From Longimicrobiales bacterium (GTDB lineage Bacteria; Gemmatimonadota; Gemmatimonadetes; Longimicrobiales; Gaopeijiaceae): DNA of 64,000 nucleotides. The DNA lies in the NCBI GenBank assembly GCA_965249725.1, contig CBDFMQ010000002.1:288001-352000 (forward strand), given 5' to 3'. The notes under the pieces were generated by a model. The model did no database searches, was not told the origin of the DNA, and saw only the letters and a list, made by a program, of their open reading frames with translations. Positions 48,459-58,446 of this stretch are shown here, one piece after another. Position numbers and translations under genes: made by a program. The number at the start of each line of letters is the position of its first letter. Position 1 is the stretch's first letter.

Positions 48459-49948
48459 CCGTCAATAGGAATCTGAGACCTTGGGTGCTGCTGCCGTGCC
48501 TTTTGTTGGCCGCGGGGTGTGGCGGGACGACCGAGGCCGATGAGGCTCCGACCGTCCAAAGCGCCGTGGTCGAGCGTGGCGACCTCAGGATTACCGCCGA
48601 GGCGACCGGCAACGTGGAGCCGGTCCGCAAAGTCGAGGTGAAATCCAAGGCGTCCGGCGAGATCCTACGCCTTCACGTCGACATCGGTGACGAGGTCCAA
48701 CCCGGAGCCCTACTTGCGGAGGTGGATCCCCGCGACGTCCGGAACGCATCGGACCAGGCCGAAGCCGACCTCGAGGTTGCTCAGGCCCGGCTCGACATCG
48801 CTCAGGCTCAGCTGACGCGCTCGGAGGGTCTGCTTGCCTCCGGCGTCATCTCGGTCCAGGAGCACGAGAGCAAGAACCTGGAGTACGCGAACTCCGTGGC
48901 GAATTTCGTGAAGGCCACGACCAACCATGAACTCGCGCAGCTCCGTCTCCAGGACGTGACGATACGGGCGCCCATGGCCGGAACCATCCTCGAGAAGAAC
49001 GTCGAGGAGGGTCAGGTCATCCAATCGGCTTCACAGAACGTGTCTGGCGGCACCGTGCTCTTGGTCATGGCGAATCTGGCCGAGATGCAGGTACGAACCC
49101 TCGTCGACGAGACGGACATGGGTGAGATCCGCGACGGCATGCACACGACCGTCACGGTGGAGGCCTACCCGGACCGTCCCTTCGTTGGAGAGGTCGAGAA
49201 GATCGAGCCCCAAGCCGTGGTCCAGCAGAACGTAACCATGTTTCCGGTCATCGTACGGCTCGACAACAGGTCTGGGCTCCTCAAGCCGGGGATGAACGCC
49301 GAGGTCGAGGTCGAGGTCGCTCAGGCGCCCTCGGTCCTGCTCATCCCGAACGCGGCGGTCGTCACCCCACAAGAGGCCGTCCCCGCGGGCATGGTCCTGG
49401 GCCTTGCTGAGGACGCGATCGACATGCGGAGTCTGTTTGCCGGCATGGGTGGTGGACGGGGCACAGGTGGTGGGCAGGGGAGGCCGGGCGCGAGAGCCGG
49501 AGGTGGAGGTCAGGCCGCATTCGACTCCATCCGAGCTCGGGTAGCCCGGGGAGAAATCTCCCAGGATTCGGCGAGAGCGATCATCCAGCGACAACGGGCG
49601 GGTTCGGGACAGGCCGACTCCGGCTCCGCCGGACGGGTTGTCGGCGCTGGGCGTCTGCCCGGAGATCCGACCCAGGCCGGCTCTGCGACAGCGGTGGAAT
49701 CCCGGCGTGCCGTCGTCTTCGTGATGGCCCAGGACGGGACGATCGAGCCCCGGGCCGTGATGATCGGGCTGAACGACTGGGACTTCACCCAGGTGGTGAG
49801 CGGAGTCGAAGAGGGCGAGCTGGTTGCGCTGATCGGTGCGGCCCAGCTCAGGGCGACGCAGGATGCGTTCCTCGAGCGGATTCGTTCCAGGTCCTCGCCG
49901 TTCGGCGGCGGCAGACCGGGTAGCGGCGGCGGTCGCGGGCCCCGGTAG
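48455..49948 (+). CDS. Efflux periplasmic adaptor (MacA/HlyD-like), lipoprotein
   Basis: AAGC lipobox; ATGNVEP, IRAPMAG, VDETD and LKPGMNA; Gly-rich insert. Confidence 0.9.
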   Translation: MTVNRNLRPWVLLPCLLLAAGCGGTTEADEAPTVQSAVVERGDLRITAEATGNVEPVRKVEVKSKASGEILRLHVDIGDEVQPGALLAEVDPRDVRNASDQAEADLEVAQARLDIAQAQLTRSEGLLASGVISVQEHESKNLEYANSVANFVKATTNHELAQLRLQDVTIRAPMAGTILEKNVEEGQVIQSASQNVSGGTVLLVMANLAEMQVRTLVDETDMGEIRDGMHTTVTVEAYPDRPFVGEVEKIEPQAVVQQNVTMFPVIVRLDNRSGLLKPGMNAEVEVEVAQAPSVLLIPNAAVVTPQEAVPAGMVLGLAEDAIDMRSLFAGMGGGRGTGGGQGRPGARAGGGGQAAFDSIRARVARGEISQDSARAIIQRQRAGSGQADSGSAGRVVGAGRLPGDPTQAGSATAVESRRAVVFVMAQDGTIEPRAVMIGLNDWDFTQVVSGVEEGELVALIGAAQLRATQDAFLERIRSRSSPFGGGRPGSGGGRGPR

Positions 49949-49952
49949 AGCC

Positions 49953-51167
49953 ATGCTTATCCGAGAGATCATCTGGGTAGCGCTTGCCGCGGTCCGTGCG
50001 AACGCGCTGCGATCCTTTCTGACCACGCTGGGCATCATCATCGGCGTATCCGCCGTGATCGCTATGGTCGCGTTGGGTGAGGGCGCGCAGCGCCGCGTCG
50101 AGGATCAGATATCCAGAATGGGCACCAACGTGCTGACCATCAGTGCGGGGCAGCGGTACTTCGGAGGCGTCTCGACAGGTGATACGGAAGACCTCACCGT
50201 GGACGACGCCGAGGCGCTCCGGGACGAGAGCGGGGGGCTGCTGAGCATCTCCCCCATGATCAGTTCCCGAGTTCAGGTCGCTTATCTCCGTTGGAACTCG
50301 AACAACCAAGTCCGGGGGGTTTGGCCCGAGTACTTCGGTATGTACAACATGCATGTCGAACACGGTGAAGTGTTCAATCAGGGCCATGTTCAGGGCCGAC
50401 GCCGCGTGGCCATCTTGGGCTTCGCCGTTCCCGAATCATTGGGAACTCCGGCGTCCGTCCTCGTGGGCCAGACGATTCAGATACGCGGCCAGCCGTTCGA
50501 GGTTCTCGGGGTCATGGAAGAAAAGGGTGACGCCGGCTTCTTCCGCCCGGACGAGGAGGTGTTCATCCCCACCTCGACGGCTCAGTTCCGGGTGTTCGGC
50601 GGGCGCAATCGGCTCTCGTCGATCTACGCTCAAGTGCCCTCGACGGACGCGATGGACCGAGCCTTCGCCGAGATCGACCGCATCCTGCGTCGAGAGCACA
50701 AGGTCAAACCCGGTGAGAACACCGACTTCTCGATCAGGAATTCGAGCGATCTGGTGGCTACGTTCAACGAGACCACACAGACGTTCACGATGCTTCTCGC
50801 GGGCATCGCCGCCATCAGCCTCATCGTAGGCGGCATCGGCATCATGAACATCATGCTCGTCAGTGTGACCGAGCGGACACGCGAGATCGGCGTCCGGAAG
50901 GCACTCGGGGCCACCAGGAGGGCGATCCTCTTCCAGTTCCTCATCGAGGCCCTGGTACTGTGCGTCATGGGAGGGATTATGGGGGTGCTGGTGGGAGTGG
51001 GCGGGGCAGAGGCCCTGACGCGCTACGCCGACTGGGAGACCGTCGTCGCCGGAGAGTCCATCGCCATAGCTCTCGCATTCTCGGCCGGCATCGGGCTGTT
51101 CTTCGGGATCTGGCCCGCCCAGCGGGCGGCGAAACTCGATCCGATCGACGCCCTGCGCTACGAGTAA
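49953..51167 (+). CDS. ABC transporter permease (MacB/FtsX family)
   Basis: RS.LT.LGIIIGV, GGIGIMNIMLVSVTERTREIG and PA.RAAKLDPIDALRYE. Confidence 0.95.
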   Translation: MLIREIIWVALAAVRANALRSFLTTLGIIIGVSAVIAMVALGEGAQRRVEDQISRMGTNVLTISAGQRYFGGVSTGDTEDLTVDDAEALRDESGGLLSISPMISSRVQVAYLRWNSNNQVRGVWPEYFGMYNMHVEHGEVFNQGHVQGRRRVAILGFAVPESLGTPASVLVGQTIQIRGQPFEVLGVMEEKGDAGFFRPDEEVFIPTSTAQFRVFGGRNRLSSIYAQVPSTDAMDRAFAEIDRILRREHKVKPGENTDFSIRNSSDLVATFNETTQTFTMLLAGIAAISLIVGGIGIMNIMLVSVTERTREIGVRKALGATRRAILFQFLIEALVLCVMGGIMGVLVGVGGAEALTRYADWETVVAGESIAIALAFSAGIGLFFGIWPAQRAAKLDPIDALRYE

Positions 51168-51204
51168 AAGCGCGTCGCAGGGGGTGGAGGTCTCGGCTCT
51201 ACTT

Positions 51205-51306
51205 GGTGGTCGGAGCTAGGCGTTGGCACTGCGCCGGAACCCCGCTTCGCTACCACCGCTTCGCGGCGGACGAGTTCCAGCGCAGCGCCGACGCCTAGCT
51301 CCCCGA
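51205..51306. repeat. Structured intergenic hairpin element, copy 2
   Basis: GGAGCTAGG/N16/GAAC...GTTC/N16'/CCTAGCTCC between convergent genes; homologous to 24593-24706. Confidence 0.85.
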
Positions 51307-51400
51307 TCATTTTGGGGCCGAGGGACTCCAACCCCGGCGGACTTGTGGGGGGCTTGTTCAAGTAGGTAGCTGAGCGGCCCGCTAACGTCCTCCCCGCCGG

Positions 51401-52879
51401 TTACCGCGCCAGCGTCACCAGGAGTGGTTGGCCTTTGCGGATCAGCGACAGGATGGCGCTGCGTTCCCGGGCATAGGCTTCTTTGAGCGCGAGGCGGAAG
51501 GCTACCAGGCTCTCTACGTCGGTTTTCGCGACCCGGATGACCACGTCGCCTGGGATCAGGCCTGCTTCGAAGGCCGGCGTGTCTCTCAGTACGTCGATGA
51601 CCAGCACACCTCGGTCGGTCCCGAAGTACTCCGAGAGGCGAGGGTTCAGATCACTGAACTGTGCGCCTCCTACGAAGTTGCGACCGACCAGGCCTGCCGT
51701 GACAGGCCGGATCTGGACCACCCGAGTGGGCTCAGTGGCGGTGGTTCTGCGCTGTTGTTCCCGCTCTAGCCTCTCGAGGGAACCGACTTCGGCGAGCCTG
51801 GCCGCCGCCTGTGAGAGTTCCTCGGAAACGCGGTTGTTGTCGAACCTCAACCGATTGAGTCGGACATCCGTCTGACCGAGTTCTCGCGCTTGCTGCGTGA
51901 GGATCTCCACGATCTCCAGTTCCCTGATTCGTGTGGCCTCATGCAGTGTGTTCAACTCGATCCTCAGTCGGATGACCGTCGTCTTCAAGGAGTCGGCTTC
52001 CTGAGACGAGAGTAGGAGATACTCGAAGGGGAGTGCCGACTCCGCACTCATCACGACCGAGTAGCGACCGCCTGCTGCCACATTGGGAGTCAGTGGCATC
52101 GGCTCGGAACTCGACCAACCTCGCACCGAATCGCCTCCGAAGCTCCAGAGGAACCCACTCGGCCCGAGTTGGACCGAGATTTCGCCTCGGGCGGGCGGTT
52201 CCGGCGGCAACGGGAAGGCCACATCGGGGGGTGGTTCACCGGATCGGGAACTGACGCCGAAGGCCACCGCATTCCTTCTCGCTTGGTCGAGAATGCGGTA
52301 GGACGCCTCCTCCATCGAGTCTCCCGAAATGAGCAGCCGCACATGGTCTCGGCTCGCCCAGACGTTCCGTCCCGAAGCCAATCTCGCCTCGAACGACTCC
52401 CGTATGACGTCCAGCCGCTCCGACACGTCGGAGGGCAGCGTGAAGTCTGGGCGCACTCCTGCGGTGAGTGACACCTCACGAAGGCGGTCGTCGCCGCCCA
52501 TCACCCCCAGGCGGACCTCCTCACCGATGCCCAGATTACTCGTGAGCTTCTCCCAGGCCGGAAGCGTGAGCGGGGCCTGGCCGATCCGTTGGATCACGTC
52601 GCCCGGGACTATGCCGGCCCTCGCGGCCGGGCTGCCGTCCACGGTGCGCACCACCTGAATGACCGTTTCGCCGGGGCGGACACCGTCGCCCGCTACGCTG
52701 ATGTTGATGCTGATGCCCATCCACCCCCGGTCGGTACGCTCCACCGCGACCGTCGGACGAATCCGCGCCTGGACGCTCTCGGGTGTCCTGACCTGGGCCA
52801 GAGCCATCGAGGGGCCGAGAGCGATCCCCGCCGAGACTACGATCCAGGCGAACAGGGTCGAGGTGCGAGCGTGTAGCAT
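51401..52879 (-). CDS. Exported protein with two PDZ domains and a central coiled coil
   Basis: GWMGI...SPAARAGIVPGDVI and GVLV..V..TPA.EAGL.PGDVV; ALA signal; start ATG 52879. Confidence 0.8.
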   Translation of the reverse strand: MLHARTSTLFAWIVVSAGIALGPSMALAQVRTPESVQARIRPTVAVERTDRGWMGISINISVAGDGVRPGETVIQVVRTVDGSPAARAGIVPGDVIQRIGQAPLTLPAWEKLTSNLGIGEEVRLGVMGGDDRLREVSLTAGVRPDFTLPSDVSERLDVIRESFEARLASGRNVWASRDHVRLLISGDSMEEASYRILDQARRNAVAFGVSSRSGEPPPDVAFPLPPEPPARGEISVQLGPSGFLWSFGGDSVRGWSSSEPMPLTPNVAAGGRYSVVMSAESALPFEYLLLSSQEADSLKTTVIRLRIELNTLHEATRIRELEIVEILTQQARELGQTDVRLNRLRFDNNRVSEELSQAAARLAEVGSLERLEREQQRRTTATEPTRVVQIRPVTAGLVGRNFVGGAQFSDLNPRLSEYFGTDRGVLVIDVLRDTPAFEAGLIPGDVVIRVAKTDVESLVAFRLALKEAYARERSAILSLIRKGQPLLVTLAR

Positions 52880-53550
52880 CAGAACCAGTTGTCTCCACCG
52901 CTCACGGAAATCTGCCGGAGCGTCTCCTGCCGCTCGGCGAGAACGTTGACCAAGAAGCCGTTGAAGACCGGATCGGCCGGCGCGAGGCGCAGAGCTTCCT
53001 GGCTTGCGGCCAGCAACCCTTCGAGCGCCGCGACGCGGCTCAACGGATCCTCGAATCGTGTCTCGCCGTCTCCCCCTGCCAACTGCCGGAAACGCACCAG
53101 CGCTTGCATGTAGGTTTGTTCGGCGAACTGAACGGCCTGGGCCGCCTCGTCCGCGGTCGAGATTTGGGATACCGGGACCATCATGTTCTCGAGTGATAGC
53201 GGATCGGCCGCTCCGTCGTGAGTGGTGACGGCGAGACCGAATCCCGTCCCGCCGAGGAAGAGCACGGCCGCCGCCGCCCCTTGCATCCACGCCGGAGCCG
53301 CTGCTAACCCGAAGCGGCGAAAGCTCTCCTCGGTGCGAATCAGACCCTCGCTGACCAGACGCGCCTCCAGCGACTCCCAATCACCCGGGGGCGGACGCAG
53401 CGCCGCGAGTTCGCCCAGGCTCTCGGACTGGAGTCGATACGCCCGCAGTTCCTCGGCACACCCCGTGCACGAGTGCAGGTGTTCCCGTTCGTTCGGGTTG
53501 GGACGCTCGTCGACGAGACGGGCCAGGGTGTCGCTTGTCAGATGCTCCAT
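52879..53550 (-). CDS. Zinc-binding (ZAS) membrane anti-sigma factor
   Basis: EHLHSCTGC (HxxxCxxC); one TM; overlaps the ECF gene. Confidence 0.82.
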   Translation of the reverse strand: MEHLTSDTLARLVDERPNPNEREHLHSCTGCAEELRAYRLQSESLGELAALRPPPGDWESLEARLVSEGLIRTEESFRRFGLAAAPAWMQGAAAAVLFLGGTGFGLAVTTHDGAADPLSLENMMVPVSQISTADEAAQAVQFAEQTYMQALVRFRQLAGGDGETRFEDPLSRVAALEGLLAASQEALRLAPADPVFNGFLVNVLAERQETLRQISVSGGDNWF

Positions 53551-54098
53551 GCTTCCAATTCCTCTCGGTCTTCTGGCGTATTCAGCGCCTTCAGCAACTC
53601 TCTCATTTTCCCGCGCGCCTTGAATAGCTGGGACTTGGATGTCCCGGACGCCGTCCCCAACAACTCCCCGATCTCGTCGTGCGTATAGCCCTCCACGTCG
53701 TGGAGGATCAATACCTTCCGCATGCGCTCGGGCAGTCGGTCCAATGCCCATTCCAGCTTCTGCCCCAGGAGTGCGTCGGTTCTTGGTGGGGCCACGGCGA
53801 TCGTCTCCGGCATCGGAGCCTCTCGCTTTTGTCGAGTCTCCGCCCGTCGTACGGCCTGTAGGGCCGAATTGACGGCGATGCGATGAAGCCATGTGGAGAA
53901 ACGCGCGTCCCCCCGGAAGGTGGGGAGAGCTCGGATGGCCCTGATCCACGCCTCCTGGGCGTAGTCATGCGCCAAGTCGTCGTCTGCCGCGATCCGGCGG
54001 ACGACGGCGTAGACCCGGGGGGAGTACCGCTCATACAACGAGCGGACGGCCGCGCCATCCCCCTGGACGGCTTTTCGTATCAGTTGAGATTCGTTCAT
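53538..54098 (-). CDS. ECF RNA polymerase sigma-70 factor
   Basis: FRGDARFSTWLHRIAVN and EGYTHDEIGELLG..GTSKSQL. Confidence 0.94.
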   Translation of the reverse strand: MNESQLIRKAVQGDGAAVRSLYERYSPRVYAVVRRIAADDDLAHDYAQEAWIRAIRALPTFRGDARFSTWLHRIAVNSALQAVRRAETRQKREAPMPETIAVAPPRTDALLGQKLEWALDRLPERMRKVLILHDVEGYTHDEIGELLGTASGTSKSQLFKARGKMRELLKALNTPEDREELEAWSI

Positions 54099-54125
54099 GC
54101 CTTCAAGGCTTGATTGTCCGTCCTT

Positions 54126-54154
54126 TTGACGTCGGCATGGCGCTCGAGGGTTGC
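54126..54154 (-). promoter_or_regulatory. Putative ECF-type autoregulatory promoter
   Basis: GCAACC-N17-CGTCAA about 28 bp upstream of the ECF start. Confidence 0.5.
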
Positions 54155-54187
54155 CCCATGCGTGTGGATTCGCATACGGTGCCGCTC

Positions 54188-54910
54188 ATGATCGAGTTCC
54201 ATGACCTCACCAAAGAGTACGGCCGCATCAAGGCGGTCGATGGGCTATCCCTCTGCGTCGAGCCCGGAGAGGTGTACGCGCTTCTCGGTCCGAACGGCGC
54301 CGGCAAGACGACGGCCTTGCGCTGCTTGGCCTCGCTTCTCAAGCCCACCGCCGGATCCGCTTCCGTAGGTGGGGCCGACGTGGTGCAGCTTCCTCGCGAG
54401 GTGCGTGGGCGGATCGGATTCCTTGCTGCCTCCATGGGACTGTATGAGCGCCTGACGCCCACGGAGCTGCTCACCTACTTCGGTCGCCTACACGGCGTGG
54501 ATGGAGATGTGTTGGGAAGTCGGGTCGCCGAGCTCGTCGAGACCTTCGGGATCGCGGAGTTCTCGAACCAGCGTTGCGGCACCCTCTCCACCGGACAGGG
54601 ACAGCGGGTCTCGGTAGCTCGGGCCCTCATTCACGACCCGCGGGCCCTGATTCTGGATGAACCGACCATGGGGCTGGACGTGCTCAGTGGTGAGGTCATC
54701 TACCGCTTCATCGAGAACGAGCGCGAGCGGGGAAAGGCCATCCTCTTCTCGACCCATCAAATGGCTGAAGTGGAACTCCTGGCCGACCGGATCGGGGTGT
54801 TGAGCGCCGGACGCCTGGTGGCCGAGGGCACCGCCGAGTCGCTGCTCGAGGAGACGGGGCAGCCGAGCCTGACCCGGGCGTTCCTGTCGCTGGTGGAGGA
54901 GCGGGCGTGA
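54188..54910 (+). CDS. ABC transporter ATP-binding protein (NatA-like)
   Basis: GPNGAGKTT, LSTGQ, LDEPT and STH. Confidence 0.9.
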   Translation: MIEFHDLTKEYGRIKAVDGLSLCVEPGEVYALLGPNGAGKTTALRCLASLLKPTAGSASVGGADVVQLPREVRGRIGFLAASMGLYERLTPTELLTYFGRLHGVDGDVLGSRVAELVETFGIAEFSNQRCGTLSTGQGQRVSVARALIHDPRALILDEPTMGLDVLSGEVIYRFIENERERGKAILFSTHQMAEVELLADRIGVLSAGRLVAEGTAESLLEETGQPSLTRAFLSLVEERA

Positions 54911-56931
54911 ACATCGCCTGGGTCGTGTTCCGCAAGGAACTCAGGGAGACCCTGAGGGACCGGCGCACCCTGATGATGATGGTGGCTGTGCCCGTGCTGC
55001 TGTATCCGATCCTCATGATTGCCGCGGAGCAGCTCACGCTCATGGGGCTGCGACAGCTCGAGTCCGAGCCGTCGTTGATCGGTGTGGTCGGACCGGACGT
55101 AGGCGACCTCAGGGAGTTCCTCGGGGGCCTCGAGGGCCTGGCGGTGGGGGACGTATCCGATCCGGTCCAGGCCGTCCGTTCCGACTCGGTGCAGGCGGTG
55201 GTCCTGTTCGGAGCATTCCCGGTCGCGGACTCGACTCGGGCCGTCACGATCCTGTACGACGCGGCGGACGAGCGCTCTCAGAGGGCGAGGGGCTTGCTCG
55301 ACGGCGCGCTCCGAAACTGGCAGGATTCCCTGGTCGCCGGTCGTCTCGAGGATCGCGGCCTTCCTGCCGGACTCGCTCAGCCTCTGGCCGTGGCGGATTC
55401 GTCGGTGGCCCGGGCCGAGGAGCTGGGGGGGTACGCGCTGGGTCGCTTCCTCCCCATGCTCCTGATCTTGATGACGCTGCTCGGGACCTTCTATCCCGCC
55501 ATCGACTTGGCGGCGGGTGAGAAGGAGAGGGGCACCCTCGAGACTCTCCTCACGGCCCCGGTGCCGCCCAGAGAGATCGTTGCCGGGAAGTTCCTCACGG
55601 TGGCGCTCATCGGCGTTGTGGCGGCGGCCCTGAACCTGGGGAGCATGCTCCTCACGTTTCAGACCGGCCTCTTTCAGTTCGGCGACGCACTCGACATCGA
55701 GTTCGCCCTCCCCCTCGGAGCCGTTGTCACCATTTTCATCACCTTGGTGCCGTTGTCGGTGCTGTTCGGCTCGCTGTTTCTGGGCGTTGCGCTCCGCTCG
55801 AGGTCCTTCAAGGAGGCCCAAAACGCCCTGACGCCCATCTATCTGGCGGTTATCGTCCCATCCTTGCTTCCGGTCTTTCCCGGTATCGACTTCACGGTGG
55901 CCTTGGCTGCCGTCCCCGTGGCGGGCGTAGGCCTCTTCTTTCGTGAATTGATGGCAGGCAGCCCGGAGTTGGTCCCCTCTCTTGTCGCGGTGGTGACGAC
56001 CTTGCTGTGGGCATGGGCCGCTCTGGCGTTCGCATCGGTCTCCTTCGGCCGAGAGCAGGTGTTGTTCGGTGACGGTGACGGAAGCGTGGAACCGGGCGGG
56101 CGGGGTCTAGGCGCTCAGATCCGGGCTTGGATTGGTCCTCCGGGACTGACGCCTCGGCCGGTACACGCCTTGGCCTTCATTCTGGTGGTCGGGGCCCTCT
56201 TCTTCTACCTCGGGTTCCCGCTCCAGGCACGCTTGGGCGAAACGGGCCTGCTTCTATCCGAGTGGCTGCTGCTTCTCGCCCCCGTGCTGTTGTTCGTGGG
56301 TGTGGCGAGATTCAACGCCCGCGAAACGCTGTCACTGCGTCGGCCCGCGGGCAGACAGCTGGGTGGCGCGCTCCTGCTCATTTCCGGAGCAATGCCCTTG
56401 GGTTGGTTTCTAGCGTGGATTCAGGGATTCGTCATCCCGATTCCCTGGGAGCTCTTGGAGGGCCTGGACGAGCTGCTCACGGCCGAGAGCGCGCCGAGGC
56501 TGATCTGGTTGCTCGTCATCTTTGCGGTCACACCGGCGCTCTGCGAGGAGTTCGTCTTCCGGGGAGTCTTCCTCTCCGGCACCCGAGGAGGCGGGTCCGC
56601 GATCCGGGTTGCGCTCCTGAATGGGCTCGTGTTCGGGGTGTTCCACGTCTCGTTCGAGTCGGTCTTCCGCTTCCTCCCGACGGCCTGGCTCGGCGCGGTC
56701 CTCGCGTGGGCTGTTCTGTCGACTTCGTCGATCTGGGTCGGAGCGTTCATGCACTTCCTCAACAACGGCGCTGTCGTGCTGATCGCCTCGGTGCCGGCGT
56801 TGCGAGCCTGGTTCGAGGCTGGCGGCGAGGCACCGCCTTGGCTGCTGCTTCCTCCCGCCGTGGTCTCGATGGCACTGGGCATACGGCTGCTCCGAAGTGA
56901 TGGACGCGAGGGTGACCCTGGGCCCTGGTAA
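54907..56931 (+). CDS. NatB-like ABC permease fused to a CPBP (Abi/CAAX) intramembrane protease
   Basis: KELRE.LRDRR, AGEKERGTLETLL and SFKEAQ; C-terminal EEFVFRG, FGVFH and HFLNN. Confidence 0.88.
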   Translation: MNIAWVVFRKELRETLRDRRTLMMMVAVPVLLYPILMIAAEQLTLMGLRQLESEPSLIGVVGPDVGDLREFLGGLEGLAVGDVSDPVQAVRSDSVQAVVLFGAFPVADSTRAVTILYDAADERSQRARGLLDGALRNWQDSLVAGRLEDRGLPAGLAQPLAVADSSVARAEELGGYALGRFLPMLLILMTLLGTFYPAIDLAAGEKERGTLETLLTAPVPPREIVAGKFLTVALIGVVAAALNLGSMLLTFQTGLFQFGDALDIEFALPLGAVVTIFITLVPLSVLFGSLFLGVALRSRSFKEAQNALTPIYLAVIVPSLLPVFPGIDFTVALAAVPVAGVGLFFRELMAGSPELVPSLVAVVTTLLWAWAALAFASVSFGREQVLFGDGDGSVEPGGRGLGAQIRAWIGPPGLTPRPVHALAFILVVGALFFYLGFPLQARLGETGLLLSEWLLLLAPVLLFVGVARFNARETLSLRRPAGRQLGGALLLISGAMPLGWFLAWIQGFVIPIPWELLEGLDELLTAESAPRLIWLLVIFAVTPALCEEFVFRGVFLSGTRGGGSAIRVALLNGLVFGVFHVSFESVFRFLPTAWLGAVLAWAVLSTSSIWVGAFMHFLNNGAVVLIASVPALRAWFEAGGEAPPWLLLPPAVVSMALGIRLLRSDGREGDPGPW

Positions 56932-56976
56932 TCCTATCTTCCTCGCGTGCGTCCACACTCAACACCCGAGCATCGA

Positions 56977-58167
56977 ATGAGCGACCAACCGCGGCCCTTG
57001 GCCGGAGCTACCCACCTGGAGTGCACTGCCACCGGGGAGAACGTTGAGAGCGAGGCCCTGCACGGACTTTCAGCCGCCGGCAAGCCCTACTTTGCCCGGT
57101 ATGACCTGGAAGCGGTGCGGCCCGACTTTCAGCCTTCGGATCTGCTTGCGCGCCGCCCGGACCTTTGGCGGTACGAAGAGGTCCTGCCCGTGCGCAACAG
57201 GGCGTTCCAGGTAAGCCTCGGGGAGGGGTGGACCCCGCTCATCGATGCTCCGCGCCTTGCTTCGCGGATGGGCGTGGGGCGGGTCTGGGTGAAAGACGAG
57301 GGGCAGAATCCCACGGGCAGCTTCAAAGACCGTGGGCTGTGCATGGCCGTATCTCGTGCCAAGGAGTTGGGAGCCACCGAACTGGCGTTGCCCTCGGCGG
57401 GGAACGCCGGGGGAGCGGCCTCGGCCTACGGGGCGGCGGCTGGTCTCCCGGTCCACGTGGTCGTGCCGATGGACACGCCCGCTCCAATTCTGGCCGAAAT
57501 GAGGGCGCTCGGGGCCGATCTTCAACTCCTGGACGGGCTGATTACGGACTGCGGCAAAGTCGTCAAGGAGGGAGTGGAGGAGCACGGTTGGTTCGATCTC
57601 TCCACCCTCAAAGAGCCCTACCGGGTAGAGGGCAAGAAGACGATGGGGTATGAGATCTTCGAGCAGCTCGGCGGTCGACTGCCCGACGGCATCGTCTACC
57701 CGACAGGCGGTGGTACGGGACTGATCGGCATGTGGAAAGCCTTTGATGAGATGGAGCGCTTGGGCTGGATCGGGTCGGAGCGCCCCAAGATGTTCTCGGT
57801 GCAGGCCGAGGGGTGTGCGCCGATGGTTCGGGCCTGGGAGAGCGGGGCCACCGAGGCCGAGATGTGGCAGGACGCATCGACCTACGCCGCGGGCCTCAGG
57901 GTTCCGGGTGCCGTAGGGGATTTCCTGATTCTCGGGGCTGTACGCGAGTCAGGCGGTGCAGCCGTCGCGATTCCGGACCAGGACATGGCGGACTGGGTGG
58001 GCTTTCTGGGTCGCGACACCGGGATCTTCGCGGCCCCGGAGGGTGGCGCGGTCGCCGCCGCGGTTCCGGCGCTGCTGGCGATGGGGGCGCTCGGTGCCGA
58101 CGACGAGGTCGTCCTCTTCAACACCGGAAGCGGGCTCAAGTACGTGGGCATGTCTCCGGTCGCCTGA
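56977..58167 (+). CDS. thrC: Threonine synthase-like PLP enzyme
   Basis: LGEGWTPL, KDEGQNPTGSFKDRG, SAGNAG, EGKKTMGYE and PTGGGTG. Confidence 0.82.
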   Translation: MSDQPRPLAGATHLECTATGENVESEALHGLSAAGKPYFARYDLEAVRPDFQPSDLLARRPDLWRYEEVLPVRNRAFQVSLGEGWTPLIDAPRLASRMGVGRVWVKDEGQNPTGSFKDRGLCMAVSRAKELGATELALPSAGNAGGAASAYGAAAGLPVHVVVPMDTPAPILAEMRALGADLQLLDGLITDCGKVVKEGVEEHGWFDLSTLKEPYRVEGKKTMGYEIFEQLGGRLPDGIVYPTGGGTGLIGMWKAFDEMERLGWIGSERPKMFSVQAEGCAPMVRAWESGATEAEMWQDASTYAAGLRVPGAVGDFLILGAVRESGGAAVAIPDQDMADWVGFLGRDTGIFAAPEGGAVAAAVPALLAMGALGADDEVVLFNTGSGLKYVGMSPVA

Positions 58168-58172
58168 CCGTC

Positions 58173-58424
58173 GTGCGTTTCCCGTGGCTAGCGCTCTGGT
58201 TTCTTCTGGGTGGTTTGGTGGTGTACGCTTGGATCGTGATGCGGCTGAGAATTCGGCGGGCGTTGCAGATGCCGCCGCCGCACATCGAAGACCAAGACAT
58301 CCGCCGAATCGAAGAGGAAGGGACGCTGATGACCGACGAGCCGGCGCCGCTCGACTTGGAACGCATCCGCAAGAAGGAAGATGAATTCTGGGAGCAGACC
58401 TGGGACGAGGCCGAAGAACTCTAG
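58173..58424 (+). CDS. Small membrane protein with acidic C-terminus
   Basis: GTG 5 bp after the thrC stop; N-terminal TM; EDEFWEQTWDE tail. Confidence 0.65.
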   Translation: MRFPWLALWFLLGGLVVYAWIVMRLRIRRALQMPPPHIEDQDIRRIEEEGTLMTDEPAPLDLERIRKKEDEFWEQTWDEAEEL

Positions 58425-58446
58425 GATTTCGGGCTGGGGTGCGGTC

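Noticed and set aside
51401..53949. Long N-terminal extensions in the ORF track (53380 and 53949 starts; likewise 37729, 49836, 57813 and 10003)
   Set aside because: They overlap neighbouring genes; downstream starts give proper signal peptides and operon coupling
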